Notes under the pieces: generated by a model | What the model saw: the letters and a program-made list of their open reading frames with translations, nothing else | Databases searched by the model: none | Told to the model about the DNA's origin: nothing | Program-made: the position numbers and the translations under genes | Shown: in pieces, positions 63,973-64,000 of the stretch | Position numbering within the stretch: the stretch's first letter is position 1 | How the letters are laid out: each line of letters starts with the position of its first letter | DNA from: Tubulanus polymorphus | Taxonomy: Eukaryota; Animalia; Nemertea | DNA length: 64,000 nucleotides | Direction: 5' to 3' | NCBI RefSeq assembly: GCF_964204645.1 | Contig: NC_134030.1 | Span: 18,064,210 to 18,128,209, forward strand

Positions 63973-64000
63973 TCAATCGATGGTATTTCATCATATTTTC

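Overview
AT-rich eukaryotic (animal, probably invertebrate) genomic DNA with spliceosomal introns. (1) 0.4-15.9 kb (+): 3' part of a single-pass membrane protein gene with about 50 small exons, almost all symmetric phase-1. (2) 20.1-25.2 kb (-): near full-length but dead LINE (ORF1 plus APE-RT; the YADD segment is deleted). (3) 25.4-61 kb (-): an NLR-type gene. It has one large NACHT/LRR-like exon and three paralogous small phase-1 upstream exons, two of which encode RHIM amyloid motifs (VQIG, IQLG). (4) 32348-49214: a decayed 16.9-kb Polinton/adintovirus with both ends present (70-bp TIRs, 6-bp TSD TCGATG). It encodes pPolB, penton, a probable major capsid protein, rve-chromo integrase and a packaging ATPase. 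Its pPolB is interrupted in the DTDS active-site motif by a giant-virus-type intein with a LAGLIDADG homing endonuclease, and its genes share repeated upstream motifs. (5) 51347-61007: a 9.66-kb TGTA...TACA insertion with a 4-bp TSD carrying an intact RAG1/Transib-like transposase with an internal PHD finger. Also present: Penelope-type minimal hammerhead ribozymes, an 18S rRNA fragment, MITEs and minisatellites. All calls come from manual reading and motif recall; no searches were run.
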